Source: an uncultured Sulfurovum sp. | GTDB taxonomy: Bacteria; Campylobacterota; Campylobacteria; Campylobacterales; Sulfurovaceae | Direction of reading: 5' to 3' | Length of the DNA stretch: 46,748 nt | Assembly (NCBI GenBank): GCA_902727995.1 | Contig: CACVAZ010000014.1 | Location: 1-46,748, forward strand | Shown: positions 1-8,817 of the stretch, piece after piece | Layout of the letters: every line of letters starts with the position of its first letter | Numbering within the stretch: position 1 is the stretch's first letter | Made by a program: the position numbers and the translations under genes | Notes under the pieces: generated by a model | What the model was told of the DNA's origin: nothing | What the model saw: the letters and a program-made list of their open reading frames with translations, nothing else | Databases searched by the model: none

Positions 1-931
1 TATCTTTAGAGTTTTTAGCCTCTCCAAAGAGTTCTGTTATAACCTTTCGTGCTTCATTATTGCCAATATAAAGCTCATTTAAATAATTAAAATGAAAAGC
101 TGTTCTATGAGCCAATGCCCCTTTTATAGAACTGGCAGGTAGTAAAATCTGTTTATCACTTAAATCTTTTTTATTATAATCTATAATCTTTTCGTAAACA
201 GGTGTTTGGTCAACCTCTTCATCTCCAAAGCCACTTCCAAACATAAAGAAGTCATCAGGTTTTATTTTCAAAGTATAGGTAGTATGATTTTTGGGGTAAA
301 TAGTGGTTGATAAATCGACCTTATGGTATTGAAACAATTTAGAGTTTAAACTACTTGAATATTTTGCTAGTTGTTCAGGTGTCGTAATGGTTGTGGTGCT
401 TACTGCTAACACTTTAAACTTTCCAAAGCCTTTGGTGCTTCCACCACCCAAACGAAAAGAAGGAGATTCTAAGAGTTCTAAAAGTTGTTTAAACGCTATT
501 TCATTATCCAACATCTCAAGAGAGAACTTAAATCGACTCCCTTTATATACCACCTCTTCATCAAACTTACTATGCTCTTTGGCTACTCCTTTATCGGTTA
601 TGGCTGTGTGTTCTCTTATGGGTAAGTTATCAAAAAGTCGTAAAAAATCAGATTTTTCTAAAAGTAGTTCTTCATTAACTTGGTGATGCTCATCAATTAA
701 AAGAGCATTAGAGAAAATAACTTTTGACCCTTCATCCTTTCCAAATATCTCATCATCATTCCCCTCAAAATCTTTTCTTAAAACCCCTGCGATAGAAGTT
801 CCTAAAATCATAGGCAATCTGTTCCAATCTTTTTGAATAGGACTGTCTTGTAAAAAGTCACTGTTTGCCGAGCCAACCTTTAGAGGAGTCTCGGCTTCTA
901 TAGTTAGGTGAGCTATTTGTCGTTTAGTCAT
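1..931 (-). CDS. cas7: Type III CRISPR RAMP protein, tandem Cas7-Cas7 (Csm3-like x2), truncated by the window edge; missing from the ORF track
   Basis: Manual translation from ATG at 931 is open to the window edge: MTKRQIAHLTIEAETPLKVGS...LPMILGTSIAGVLR...REHTAITDKGVAKEHSKFDEE...RLGGGSTKGFG (G-rich loop), then a second RAMP start FMFGSGFGDEEVDQTP...LLPASSIKGALAHR...ELFG. The start overlaps the end of the upstream cas gene. Confidence 0.88.
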   Translation of the reverse strand, partial: MTKRQIAHLTIEAETPLKVGSANSDFLQDSPIQKDWNRLPMILGTSIAGVLRKDFEGNDDEIFGKDEGSKVIFSNALLIDEHHQVNEELLLEKSDFLRLFDNLPIREHTAITDKGVAKEHSKFDEEVVYKGSRFKFSLEMLDNEIAFKQLLELLESPSFRLGGGSTKGFGKFKVLAVSTTTITTPEQLAKYSSSLNSKLFQYHKVDLSTTIYPKNHTTYTLKIKPDDFFMFGSGFGDEEVDQTPVYEKIIDYNKKDLSDKQILLPASSIKGALAHRTAFHFNYLNELYIGNNEARKVITELFGEAKNSKD

Positions 932-2327
932 CTTTTTGCTCCTTTTTATCACTATCTTTAACTTTGGGCATCTCCATACAGAGCAGTTTGGTAAAGGCTA
1001 GTGGGCTAGAACTTTTATCTATGGCATCAAGTAAGCTCTCACTCTTTTTACCTTGCCACTTATCTTTAGCCACCCCATCAACAATGTAAGCTTGAACAGA
1101 GTTTTTAATAAACTCATCACTGCTTGAAGCACAAAGAGAACCAATCGTTCCCCATTGAGCATTCATAGCTTTTGAGTAGATATTTCGGTTTTTTTCTATA
1201 AACTCATGTACCTTAGTAGCCACTTGAAGATTTTGTTTTTTCTCTTCCTCTTTCATAAAAAGAAACTTGACCATCTCATCACTAATACTTACAGCACTAT
1301 TTAAATCTTGTTTCTTTATAAAATCATGAAGTGTCACTGGTTTGTCATCTAAAAAACTTGGATTCACCAAAACTTCTCCAAATCCTTCACTTAAATAGAC
1401 CCCAACACCATTTTTAATCTTCTCTATCATTGCTGGTGTTACATCTTTTTTGATATTGTTTAAAACAATGACAGATCCACTGTTAATCACCACGCGTTGG
1501 GTATCTTTACTTTTTCTTGTACCATCATATCGGTTATAAGTAGAGGTTCTAAGTTGAGTTCGATTCCAATCTATCTGTTCATCTTTTAAGCCATCTGTTA
1601 AATAGTTTAAATTATATGTTGGGTTTCCTCCTTCATCTACCAGTGCCAATCGGCTTTTGACATAAAGAATTATTTCATCCCCGAAGGTCATGTTTTCTAT
1701 GGATTCTACAGAAGCATTGTCTAATGTTATTTTAACCTGCCCGTATTGAGATGATTTTGATTTTCCTAGTCGTTTTTTTCCTAAGAGGTTTTTTTTGATT
1801 CGTTCTATATCAGCATCACTTATAGCTGTATCATATTTCAACACAAATTGCCACTCTGTCCCGTTTTTCATAGAGCTATAACCATACATAGAGCTATCTT
1901 TACTTCGCCGTTTACTTTTGTCATAACCACTTTTTTGAGCATAGTTATAATCCAATAGAATCAAGGAAAAATCTTTTGTGATATATCCTGCTCTAAACTG
2001 TTTGGCTTGTGTTAGTTCACTTAATGGTGTATGAAGTTGATTAACTACAATATGCTTCTTTAGTTTTTCATGAAAAAAACTAAGAGGTATCTTGTAGGTT
2101 GGCTTATCTTCTTGTAACAGTGTGGCATCTCCAAAGCGTACTTTTCCTGAATGAAAGACATCAAAACTATTCTCAAACTTATTATACTCTTTATCTTTAG
2201 CAACCATTCCCAAAAAGTTAGAACCTGCTATAAAATCTAAAGGTTCTATCTTCCCCTCTGTATTTGAAGAGGAAGGCAGTACAATGTCACTTAAAAATTC
2301 TATATTAAAAATTAGCTCTTCCATCAC
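924..2327 (-). CDS. Type III-D Cas5-like (Csx10-like) RAMP with a C-terminal helical Cas11/Csm2-like domain
   Basis: RAMP motifs LDFIAGSNFLG, LGKSKSSQYG and GVGVYLSEGFGEV; a C-terminal helical region of about 110 aa (MNAQWGTIGSL...YIVDGVAKDKW); lies between cas7 genes downstream of cas10. Likely start is the ATG at 2324 (TGATG overlap). Confidence 0.78.
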   Translation of the reverse strand: MMEELIFNIEFLSDIVLPSSSNTEGKIEPLDFIAGSNFLGMVAKDKEYNKFENSFDVFHSGKVRFGDATLLQEDKPTYKIPLSFFHEKLKKHIVVNQLHTPLSELTQAKQFRAGYITKDFSLILLDYNYAQKSGYDKSKRRSKDSSMYGYSSMKNGTEWQFVLKYDTAISDADIERIKKNLLGKKRLGKSKSSQYGQVKITLDNASVESIENMTFGDEIILYVKSRLALVDEGGNPTYNLNYLTDGLKDEQIDWNRTQLRTSTYNRYDGTRKSKDTQRVVINSGSVIVLNNIKKDVTPAMIEKIKNGVGVYLSEGFGEVLVNPSFLDDKPVTLHDFIKKQDLNSAVSISDEMVKFLFMKEEEKKQNLQVATKVHEFIEKNRNIYSKAMNAQWGTIGSLCASSSDEFIKNSVQAYIVDGVAKDKWQGKKSESLLDAIDKSSSPLAFTKLLCMEMPKVKDSDKKEQKDD

Positions 2328-2896
2328 AGTACCTCACTTATACTAATTTCACATCGTCCCAAGCCACGGTTACGATTTAAGCCCATTCGTTTGACCATTT
2401 TTATTGACTGTTTCATCTTCTCTACATACTCTAAAGGAACAGCATCTATCTCTCCATAAAGTGTAATAGGAATAACTACCTCTATCTCTCGTAGAGAATT
2501 ATCAACAGCCATCCCTTTTTTATCTATTTTTGTAGAGGCGATTTCAACATAGAGGTTCTCTTTTAGATTATAATGCAATATTTGCTTTATCGCTTCCTCA
2601 TTGAGCGTGGCATTGCTAAAGTAACATGCTCCTTCTATATTTTTTTTATTGGCATCATAACAGCTATCTTTTACATCCGAACTGCCACCAAAACAGACAT
2701 TAACAAAATCACAATCTATGAGTTCAGCCATCTCACGAAACAATCCTTTTAAGGTTTTTCCCGGAGCATAAGGCAACTCATTATTGTCCTTTACCACCAT
2801 ACTGTCTAGCCTCGTTCCTGCACTAAGTCCTGAACCTAAATGCCAAAAGTCTAAAAATTTAATTTCATAGTTTAAATTTACTGTTTCATTGTCCAT
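2324..2896 (-). CDS. cas7: Type III CRISPR Cas7 (Csm3-like) RAMP
   Basis: WHLGSG...LDSMV (candidate catalytic Asp), PYAPGKTLKGLFRE and G-rich loop MGLNRNRGLG. Confidence 0.88.
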   Translation of the reverse strand: MDNETVNLNYEIKFLDFWHLGSGLSAGTRLDSMVVKDNNELPYAPGKTLKGLFREMAELIDCDFVNVCFGGSSDVKDSCYDANKKNIEGACYFSNATLNEEAIKQILHYNLKENLYVEIASTKIDKKGMAVDNSLREIEVVIPITLYGEIDAVPLEYVEKMKQSIKMVKRMGLNRNRGLGRCEISISEVL

Positions 2897-4299
2897 TACT
2901 TTGCCTCCGTTGCTGAAAGTATCTGTAGTATGTCATAAATGGGGGTTTTCCAAACAGAATCTTTTTTTATAATAAGGTTTTCATTTGAGAGTGAATCATA
3001 TAGATTTTTAAGATTTTGATTCATAATCTCCTCTCTCCACTCACTTTTGTGCTCTGCCATGACATTAATACGTTTTAACATGCTTTGGGAATATAGCTTA
3101 CTGTTATAAAGCTCTCCCATCCATGCTCTAATCCTAGAGATAGGGCTACCATCTAAACGATAAGACTCTATGACGGTTATAAGATTTTGAATCATTGGCT
3201 CGGTTTGACTCTCTAGATAATATGCTCCAAAATCACAACGAATTGTCTCCTCATCATTGCTTATGGTCAACTCATCTTTTACAAATTTATCCCAACTCTG
3301 AAAGTTTGAACTTTGGATGTTATGAAACATCAAACAGGAAGCTTTTCGCTTGGAGTCTTTTTTGGCTTGACCACAAAGCTCCTCAGCAAGATTTACAGCG
3401 TAATGAAATGGATACTTTTCATTACAATAGGCAATTCCTGCACAAGCTGTTAATCCTTTAATGGCTTCTATCTTCTCTGTCTCTTTTTCAAAGTTTTCTA
3501 AAAAGCTTTTGGTGAAGTTCAAAGCATTATTGGCATTACAGATAACCACCATATCGTCTCCACCCAAAATGACATCTCGTATGTCCATATCATCTTGCTT
3601 TGCATCATCAAAAGCTTTTTTAGTAGCTTTATCTAATGCTTGAGAGAAGGCACTTAACTCTTTACCCAACTTAGGTACCAGTTGACCAAGCCCATTACCA
3701 TCTGCATGAATGACGGCTATTTTATTTTTTTCATTGGAAAAGTTTGATAGGTTACTAAACTCTTTTACTTGTGGATTTTTTTTCTTAAATTTATCATGAG
3801 CATCAAGTTTTTGTTTGGTGGCTCTATCTACAGGTGTCGATTTTCCTTGAATATTTACATAGCCCACGACAGGTTTAGAGGTACTAGGATTTAGCTTCAT
3901 AATTCCCAAACTAAAATCGAGTGGTGTGGTAGGTTTGTTTCTTTGAATTCACAGGAGACGCTCTAGTTCTTTATCTGCATCATTTTGATTGGCAAACTTT
4001 CCCTCCATCTTAACCAAAGCTTGGGAGATGGTAATACCGTAAGCCATCTGCATAATATATTTTGGAAATTCTAGAACCACTTTTTCATGTTCTTGTGGTG
4101 TTACTTCTTTATTATCTTCAAAAATAGCTTTAATTGAACCACCTGCATTACGTAAAATAGTTAGAGGAGAATAATTTTTTTTAAAATCCTCTTCTATCTT
4201 CTTAACAATCTCACTCGCCCCAACTATCTCTTGCAGTTTATTGGTCTCAAAGATAAATCCTTGAATTCCTTGCACACTAGCACCATATAGATACTTCAT
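2896..4299 (-). pseudogene. cas10: Cas10, compact (467 codons), no HD domain, interrupted by one in-frame TGA at 3949-3951
   Basis: ORFs 3949..4299 and 2896..3909 share a frame and are joined by 13 sense codons: ...LERLL*IQRNKPTTPLDFSLGIMKL... Palm1 motif SVQGIQGFIF; Palm2 motifs IHADGNGLG, ILGGDD and LTACAGIA...PF...AEEL. Confidence 0.85.
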
Positions 4300-4356
4300 T
4301 CTTGTCTCCCACTATTTAAGTTTAATATTAATTACCTTAACTAAAAAATATTAACC

Positions 4357-4389
4357 ATTATACAATGAGATTTAGACAAAAACTGTCTA
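4357..4389 (-). promoter_or_regulatory. cas operon promoter: TATAAT -10 box plus upstream palindrome TAGACA-N5-TGTCTA
   Basis: The minus strand reads TAGACAGTTTTTGTCTA-AATCTCATTG-TATAAT, about 58 nt upstream of the cas10 ATG. Confidence 0.6.
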
Positions 4390-4429
4390 TCTAATGGAGC
4401 TTAGCTTAAAAATTTACAGAATACAAATC

Positions 4430-4570
4430 TTAGTCATGTTTTTCAACATCAACATCATCAACAGCCGTTAAATTCATATCAATACCCATTTCTTCTAAAT
4501 ATGGCGTCACTGCCTGATAGGCAATAATGCCTACTACTAAAATAGCTAAAAATATCATGAAATTTCTCAT
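4430..4570 (-). CDS. Small (46 aa) single-pass membrane protein with acidic tail; not in the ORF track
   Basis: AAGGA RBS, then MRNFMIFLAILVVGIIAYQAVTPYLEEMGIDMNLTAVDDVDVEKHD*. Confidence 0.65.
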   Translation of the reverse strand: MRNFMIFLAILVVGIIAYQAVTPYLEEMGIDMNLTAVDDVDVEKHD

Positions 4571-4688
4571 AATCGTCCTTTTTTTAATTTAAGAAGTACT
4601 ATAGCATATATTTTCATTTAATTTAATAATTTATCATATTTTTATAAGAAGTTGAAGAATCGAGTTTAAAATATCTCCGACCTCTTTT

Positions 4689-4757
4689 CCCTTCGACTAC
4701 GCTCAGGGAACGAGGTCTGCAAACCAAAAGTAACGGTCACTGAGCGAAGCCGAAGTG
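4689..4757. repeat. Inverted pair of REP-like elements (CTTCGACTACGCTCAG type)
   Basis: 4689-4712 CCCTTCGACTACGCTCAGGGAACG and 4734-4757 CGGTCACTGAGCGAAGCCGAAGTG are reverse complements at 19/24 positions; GC-rich island in AT-rich DNA. Confidence 0.7.
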
Positions 4758-4824
4758 AGAGTGGTAAAAAGTAAAAAACCTCATTGACAAAACTAAACCT
4801 ACCTAAAATAACATCCAAGTCGTC

Positions 4825-4973
4825 GTAGGTCGGGTTACCCTCTACCCGACATTTACACATGATGAAATAAAGGTTTGATTGTTCGATAAAAGTTTTTTAT
4901 GCAGGTATTTTTTGTTGTATTGAGCTTTTAATTTATATCACGGAAATGTCGGGTTACGGAGAACCCGACCTAC
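4825..4973. repeat. Inverted doublet of GTAG-type REP palindromes (REPIN-like)
   Basis: GTAG-GTCGGGT-N8-ACCCGAC-ATTT (4825-4854) and its inverted copy AAAT-GTCGGGT-N8-ACCCGAC-CTAC (4944-4973). Confidence 0.8.
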
Positions 4974-5094
4974 AGACTGCCATTTTTATTTTGTTATTTC
5001 AATTCCAGTATACACTTCAAAGCTGAAGATAATATTAAGTTATTTTTAACATTAAATATTATAAAATTAATTTAAATAAAAATAAAGGTTTAAG

Positions 5095-5244
5095 ATGACT
5101 CAGCAAGAAAAAATTGAAAGAGAAAAAGATAGAGAAACTCAAAGAAAAATAGCCAAAGAAAGAATAGAAAATGATACAAAAAATAACAAAAAAACTATAC
5201 TTGTCGCAGTAGCAGTAGGTGTAATAAGTGCTATATTCGGTTAA
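5095..5244 (+). CDS. Small (49 aa) charged protein with a C-terminal hydrophobic anchor; not in the ORF track
   Basis: AAAGG RBS, then MTQQEKIEREKDRETQRKIAKERIENDTKNNKKTILVAVAVGVISAIFG*, followed by a terminator hairpin. Confidence 0.6.
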   Translation: MTQQEKIEREKDRETQRKIAKERIENDTKNNKKTILVAVAVGVISAIFG

Positions 5245-5257
5245 TCTTAAACTTCTA

Positions 5258-5293
5258 TTTTCATCCTTCCTTTCTTAAATGGAAGAATGAAAA
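5258..5293. terminator. Bidirectional hairpin terminator between the small ORF and metH
   Basis: TTTTCATCCTTCC-N10-GGAAGAATGAAAA between convergent genes. Confidence 0.6.
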
Positions 5294-5310
5294 ACTAGCC
5301 TCTAAATTCC

Positions 5311-8300
5311 CTAAACAGCATAATAACTAGCCTTCCCATGATGCACCACCAACGCACTCGTACTCTGCTCTGGATGTATCTGGAAAGTCTCACTCAGCTC
5401 AATCCCAAACTCTTCAGGCTTCAACACATCAAATAACTCACGACTCGCTTCTAAGTCTGGACAAGCAGGGTAACCAAATGAGTATCTTGCTCCTTGGTAA
5501 CGTCGCATTCTGACATCACGTAAACTTGCACCCTCATCTTCTTTTAAAATGTCCCAATCCATACGTATTTGCTTATGTACTACTTCTGCTAACGCTTCGG
5601 CTAACTCTACTGAAAAACCGTGAACCATATTGTATTCTAGGTATTCACCTTTTTCATAAAGTTCTTTTTCATACTCTGAAAACTTTGATCCAGCACTTAC
5701 ACAAGTTAAAGCAATAACATCATGTCTATCATGTCTGTAGAAATCACTTAAGGCTCTATGTGGTTTCTTACCTTGTCTTGGAAAGTCAAACTTTACCGTA
5801 TGTCTATCTTTCACCTCATCAAAAGGTTCTCTTGAAGCATTTTCATCTATGTTCCAACCCTCTTCTTCATCAAAAAGATACAACTCTTGGTCATTGGATC
5901 TACATGGATAGTAACCGTAAATAATCGTTGGATCAAACAAATCTTTTTCAATAAACTCTTGCTTTAAACGTTCAAATGCTGGGTAAACTTTCTCTTCTAA
6001 AAGTTTGTCATACGCTTCTTGACCCATTTTGGCACGTTTGTAACCCCAATGCATTTTAATAACCGTCTTTTTATTAACCCAGTCAAAAATCATATTCATA
6101 TCTAGGTCTTCTTTTTGAAGTACACGTCTTCCCCAAAAAGGTGGTGTTGGAATGTCCACTTGTTCAGGTTGTTTTATCTCTTCAAACGGAGGGATGATAA
6201 TTTCTTTTTTTACTTTAACCTCACGCTCTCGCATGTCTCCAGCCATTCGTGTGTCAAGTCCTACAGAGTTGTCTTCATTATACTTTTCAATACGACTCAT
6301 CGCAATAACACCATCAAACGCATCTCTACAATAGAAAATTGGACCTTTATAAATAGGTCGGCAGAAATCATCCACAAAACTTCGTGTTAGCGCTGCACCA
6401 CCAAGTAATACAGGAATTTCTAATCCCATATCAGTCATGGCTTCTAAATTGTCTTTCATCACAGCCGTAGATTTTACCAGTAATCCACTCATACCAATTG
6501 CTTGAACATTATGCTTCTCATGCGCTTCCAAATAGGTTTCTAACTGAGTTTTAATTCCTACGTTTATAACTTTAAATCCATTGTTAGACAAAATAATATC
6601 AACTAAATTTTTACCCACATCATGAACATCACCTTTTACCGTACCTACTACTAAAGTTGTGTCTGTCTCTTTTTCTTGTTTGGTTAAATGAGGGTTCAAA
6701 TAATCAACTGTTTTTTTCATGGTCTCAGCAGATTGAAGTACAAATGGTAACTGCATTTGTCCTGAACCAAAGAGTTCACCAACTACTTTCATGGCATCAA
6801 TAAGAATTTCATTTACAATTCTGTCAGGGTGAATTTCATGACGTGCTTCTTCCACTAAAGGAATCATTCGTTCTTTATCACCATCGAGAAGTAATCTTGC
6901 TATCTTCTCTTCCGTGTTCATGGCTTCATACTCTTCATCTGAATTATCATCTTCAATATTTACATCTGAAAAATGATCAATGAACGTAAATAACGATTGG
7001 TCATCAGGAGCAAAAAGTAACTCTTCACAAATCTCACGATCAGCATCAGACATTTTAGCAAGAGGAACAATGTGCTTAACATTAATAATAACTGTCGTTA
7101 GCCCAGCTTGTAGACAATGGTGTAAAAAGACTGAGTTTAAGAAACGACGTGCATTAATGGCAAGACCAAATGAAATGTTAGACAGTCCCAAGGTTGAACC
7201 CACTTCTGGGTGTCTTATGTGTAACTCACGAATGGCTTCTAACGTTTGAATAGCAGCATCACGGTACTCTAAATCTCCCGAACCAACCGTAAATGTTAAT
7301 ACATCAAATACAAGGTTTCGTGGGTCAATACCATGATCATTTACGGCCATGTCATACATACGCTCTGCTTGAGCGACTTTGTCAGCTGTGGTTTTAGCCA
7401 TTCCTATCTCATCAATCGTCAAACAGACTAAAGCTGTTCCATACTTCTTAGCTAGGTTACAAATGGCATGAAATTTCTCTTCACCATCTTCAAGGTTTAC
7501 TGAATTAATAATGGGTTTACCACCAATACACTTTAAACCCTCTTCCATCGTGTGAACACGTGTTGCATCAGGCATTAAAGGTAAAGGAATTTTTTGATTG
7601 TAAAGCCCCATAATTTCTTTCATATCCAAAGCCCCATCACGTCCTGCAAACTCAACGTTTACGTCTAAACAATGTGCGCCATCACGTACTTGTGCTTGAC
7701 CAACCGTTACCGTTCCTTCATAATCTGAAGCAATAATAAGTTCTCTAAAAGCTTTAGAACCCGTTGAGTTAGAACGCTCTCCAATGAGAAGTGGTGCTGG
7801 TTCTTGAAAAAGTTCAGTACTGTTAAAAAGTGAGGCAATACTAGGTTCAATCGACCCTGTAGGCTTTTTAGGTTTCATGGTCGAAACAGCTTTTTGAAGA
7901 GCGTGAATGTGTTGAGGTGTTGTTCCACAACATCCACCTAAAAAGCTCACACCATCAAACTCTGTAAATTCTAACTGTTTGTTCGTAAACTCATCTGGTC
8001 CCATTGGGTAGTAAGTGTACCCTCCTCTATTTTGAGGAAGCCCAGCATTGGCATGAACTGAAATAGGTATGCTACAAAGCTCAGAAAGTGTACGTAAGTG
8101 TTTTTTAACTTGGTCTGGACCCGTACCACAGTTAAAACCTAAAGACAAAATATCAAAAGGCTCTAAAATAGTAACAATGGTCGTAGCATCCGTGCCAATA
8201 AGCATTGAACCACTTAGCTCAATGGTTACTGAAACCATGATAGGAAGTTTTACATCACGTTCGGCGTTCGCTGCTTCACAAGCATGAAGTGCAGCTTTAA

Positions 8301-8817
8301 TTTGTAGAGGATCTTGACAAGTTTCAAGCATGAAGATATCACAACCACCATCTATAAGCCCAAGAGCTGTAAGTTTATAACCCTCAAACATTTCATCATA
8401 ATGGATATGCCCTAAAGAAGGAAGCTTAGTCCCTGGCCCAATCGACCCTAAAACAAAACGTGGTTTTTCAGGAGTAGAAAATGCATTACAAACATCTTTA
8501 ACTATCTCGGCACCCAGTTTTGAAAGCTCATAGCAACGCTCACCCATTTGGTATTCATCAAGTACCCAAGGCATGGTTCCAAAAGTATTGGTTTTAATAA
8601 TGTCAGCACCAGCTTTAGCATAAGCATGATGTACTTCTCTCATGAGTTTTGGTGCAGTTGCATTAAGAAGTTCATTACAACCCTCTTGGTCAATACCTTT
8701 GTCATCTAGCCATGCTTCTTGTGGAATTTCTAGATTTTGTATCTGTGTACCTGTAGCACCGTCGATGACTAAAATTCGTTCTTCTAATAATTCTTTAATT
8801 TGTTCTGTAGTTGCCAC
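5311..8817 (-). CDS. metH: B12-dependent methionine synthase
   Basis: 1168 aa; DGATGT, GFNC and GGCCGT Zn ligands, pterin-binding IGERSN, cobalamin motif GDVHDVGKN...SGLL, C-terminal RYSFGYPACPD. Confidence 0.97.
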   Translation of the reverse strand: MATTEQIKELLEERILVIDGATGTQIQNLEIPQEAWLDDKGIDQEGCNELLNATAPKLMREVHHAYAKAGADIIKTNTFGTMPWVLDEYQMGERCYELSKLGAEIVKDVCNAFSTPEKPRFVLGSIGPGTKLPSLGHIHYDEMFEGYKLTALGLIDGGCDIFMLETCQDPLQIKAALHACEAANAERDVKLPIMVSVTIELSGSMLIGTDATTIVTILEPFDILSLGFNCGTGPDQVKKHLRTLSELCSIPISVHANAGLPQNRGGYTYYPMGPDEFTNKQLEFTEFDGVSFLGGCCGTTPQHIHALQKAVSTMKPKKPTGSIEPSIASLFNSTELFQEPAPLLIGERSNSTGSKAFRELIIASDYEGTVTVGQAQVRDGAHCLDVNVEFAGRDGALDMKEIMGLYNQKIPLPLMPDATRVHTMEEGLKCIGGKPIINSVNLEDGEEKFHAICNLAKKYGTALVCLTIDEIGMAKTTADKVAQAERMYDMAVNDHGIDPRNLVFDVLTFTVGSGDLEYRDAAIQTLEAIRELHIRHPEVGSTLGLSNISFGLAINARRFLNSVFLHHCLQAGLTTVIINVKHIVPLAKMSDADREICEELLFAPDDQSLFTFIDHFSDVNIEDDNSDEEYEAMNTEEKIARLLLDGDKERMIPLVEEARHEIHPDRIVNEILIDAMKVVGELFGSGQMQLPFVLQSAETMKKTVDYLNPHLTKQEKETDTTLVVGTVKGDVHDVGKNLVDIILSNNGFKVINVGIKTQLETYLEAHEKHNVQAIGMSGLLVKSTAVMKDNLEAMTDMGLEIPVLLGGAALTRSFVDDFCRPIYKGPIFYCRDAFDGVIAMSRIEKYNEDNSVGLDTRMAGDMREREVKVKKEIIIPPFEEIKQPEQVDIPTPPFWGRRVLQKEDLDMNMIFDWVNKKTVIKMHWGYKRAKMGQEAYDKLLEEKVYPAFERLKQEFIEKDLFDPTIIYGYYPCRSNDQELYLFDEEEGWNIDENASREPFDEVKDRHTVKFDFPRQGKKPHRALSDFYRHDRHDVIALTCVSAGSKFSEYEKELYEKGEYLEYNMVHGFSVELAEALAEVVHKQIRMDWDILKEDEGASLRDVRMRRYQGARYSFGYPACPDLEASRELFDVLKPEEFGIELSETFQIHPEQSTSALVVHHGKASYYAV

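Noticed and set aside
387-686. Short antisense or nested ORFs in the track (e.g. 387..686, 3195..3461, 5526..5717, 24734..25117, 30986..31234, 39131..39409)
   Set aside because: They are shadows of well-supported genes on the opposite strand or in another frame
3898-3951. Selenocysteine or genetic-code reassignment explaining the cas10 TGA
   Set aside because: Only a weak, large-loop hairpin follows the TGA, the position is not an obvious Cys site, and TGA is used as a normal stop elsewhere (2324, 11065, 20252)
4666-4860. 64-aa ORF on the minus strand
   Set aside because: It is a translation through REP palindromes, with no RBS or protein-like features
4300-5300. Possible CRISPR array or leader next to the cas genes
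   Set aside because: The repeats here are inverted doublets, not direct repeats with regular unique spacers; no array was seen anywhere in the window
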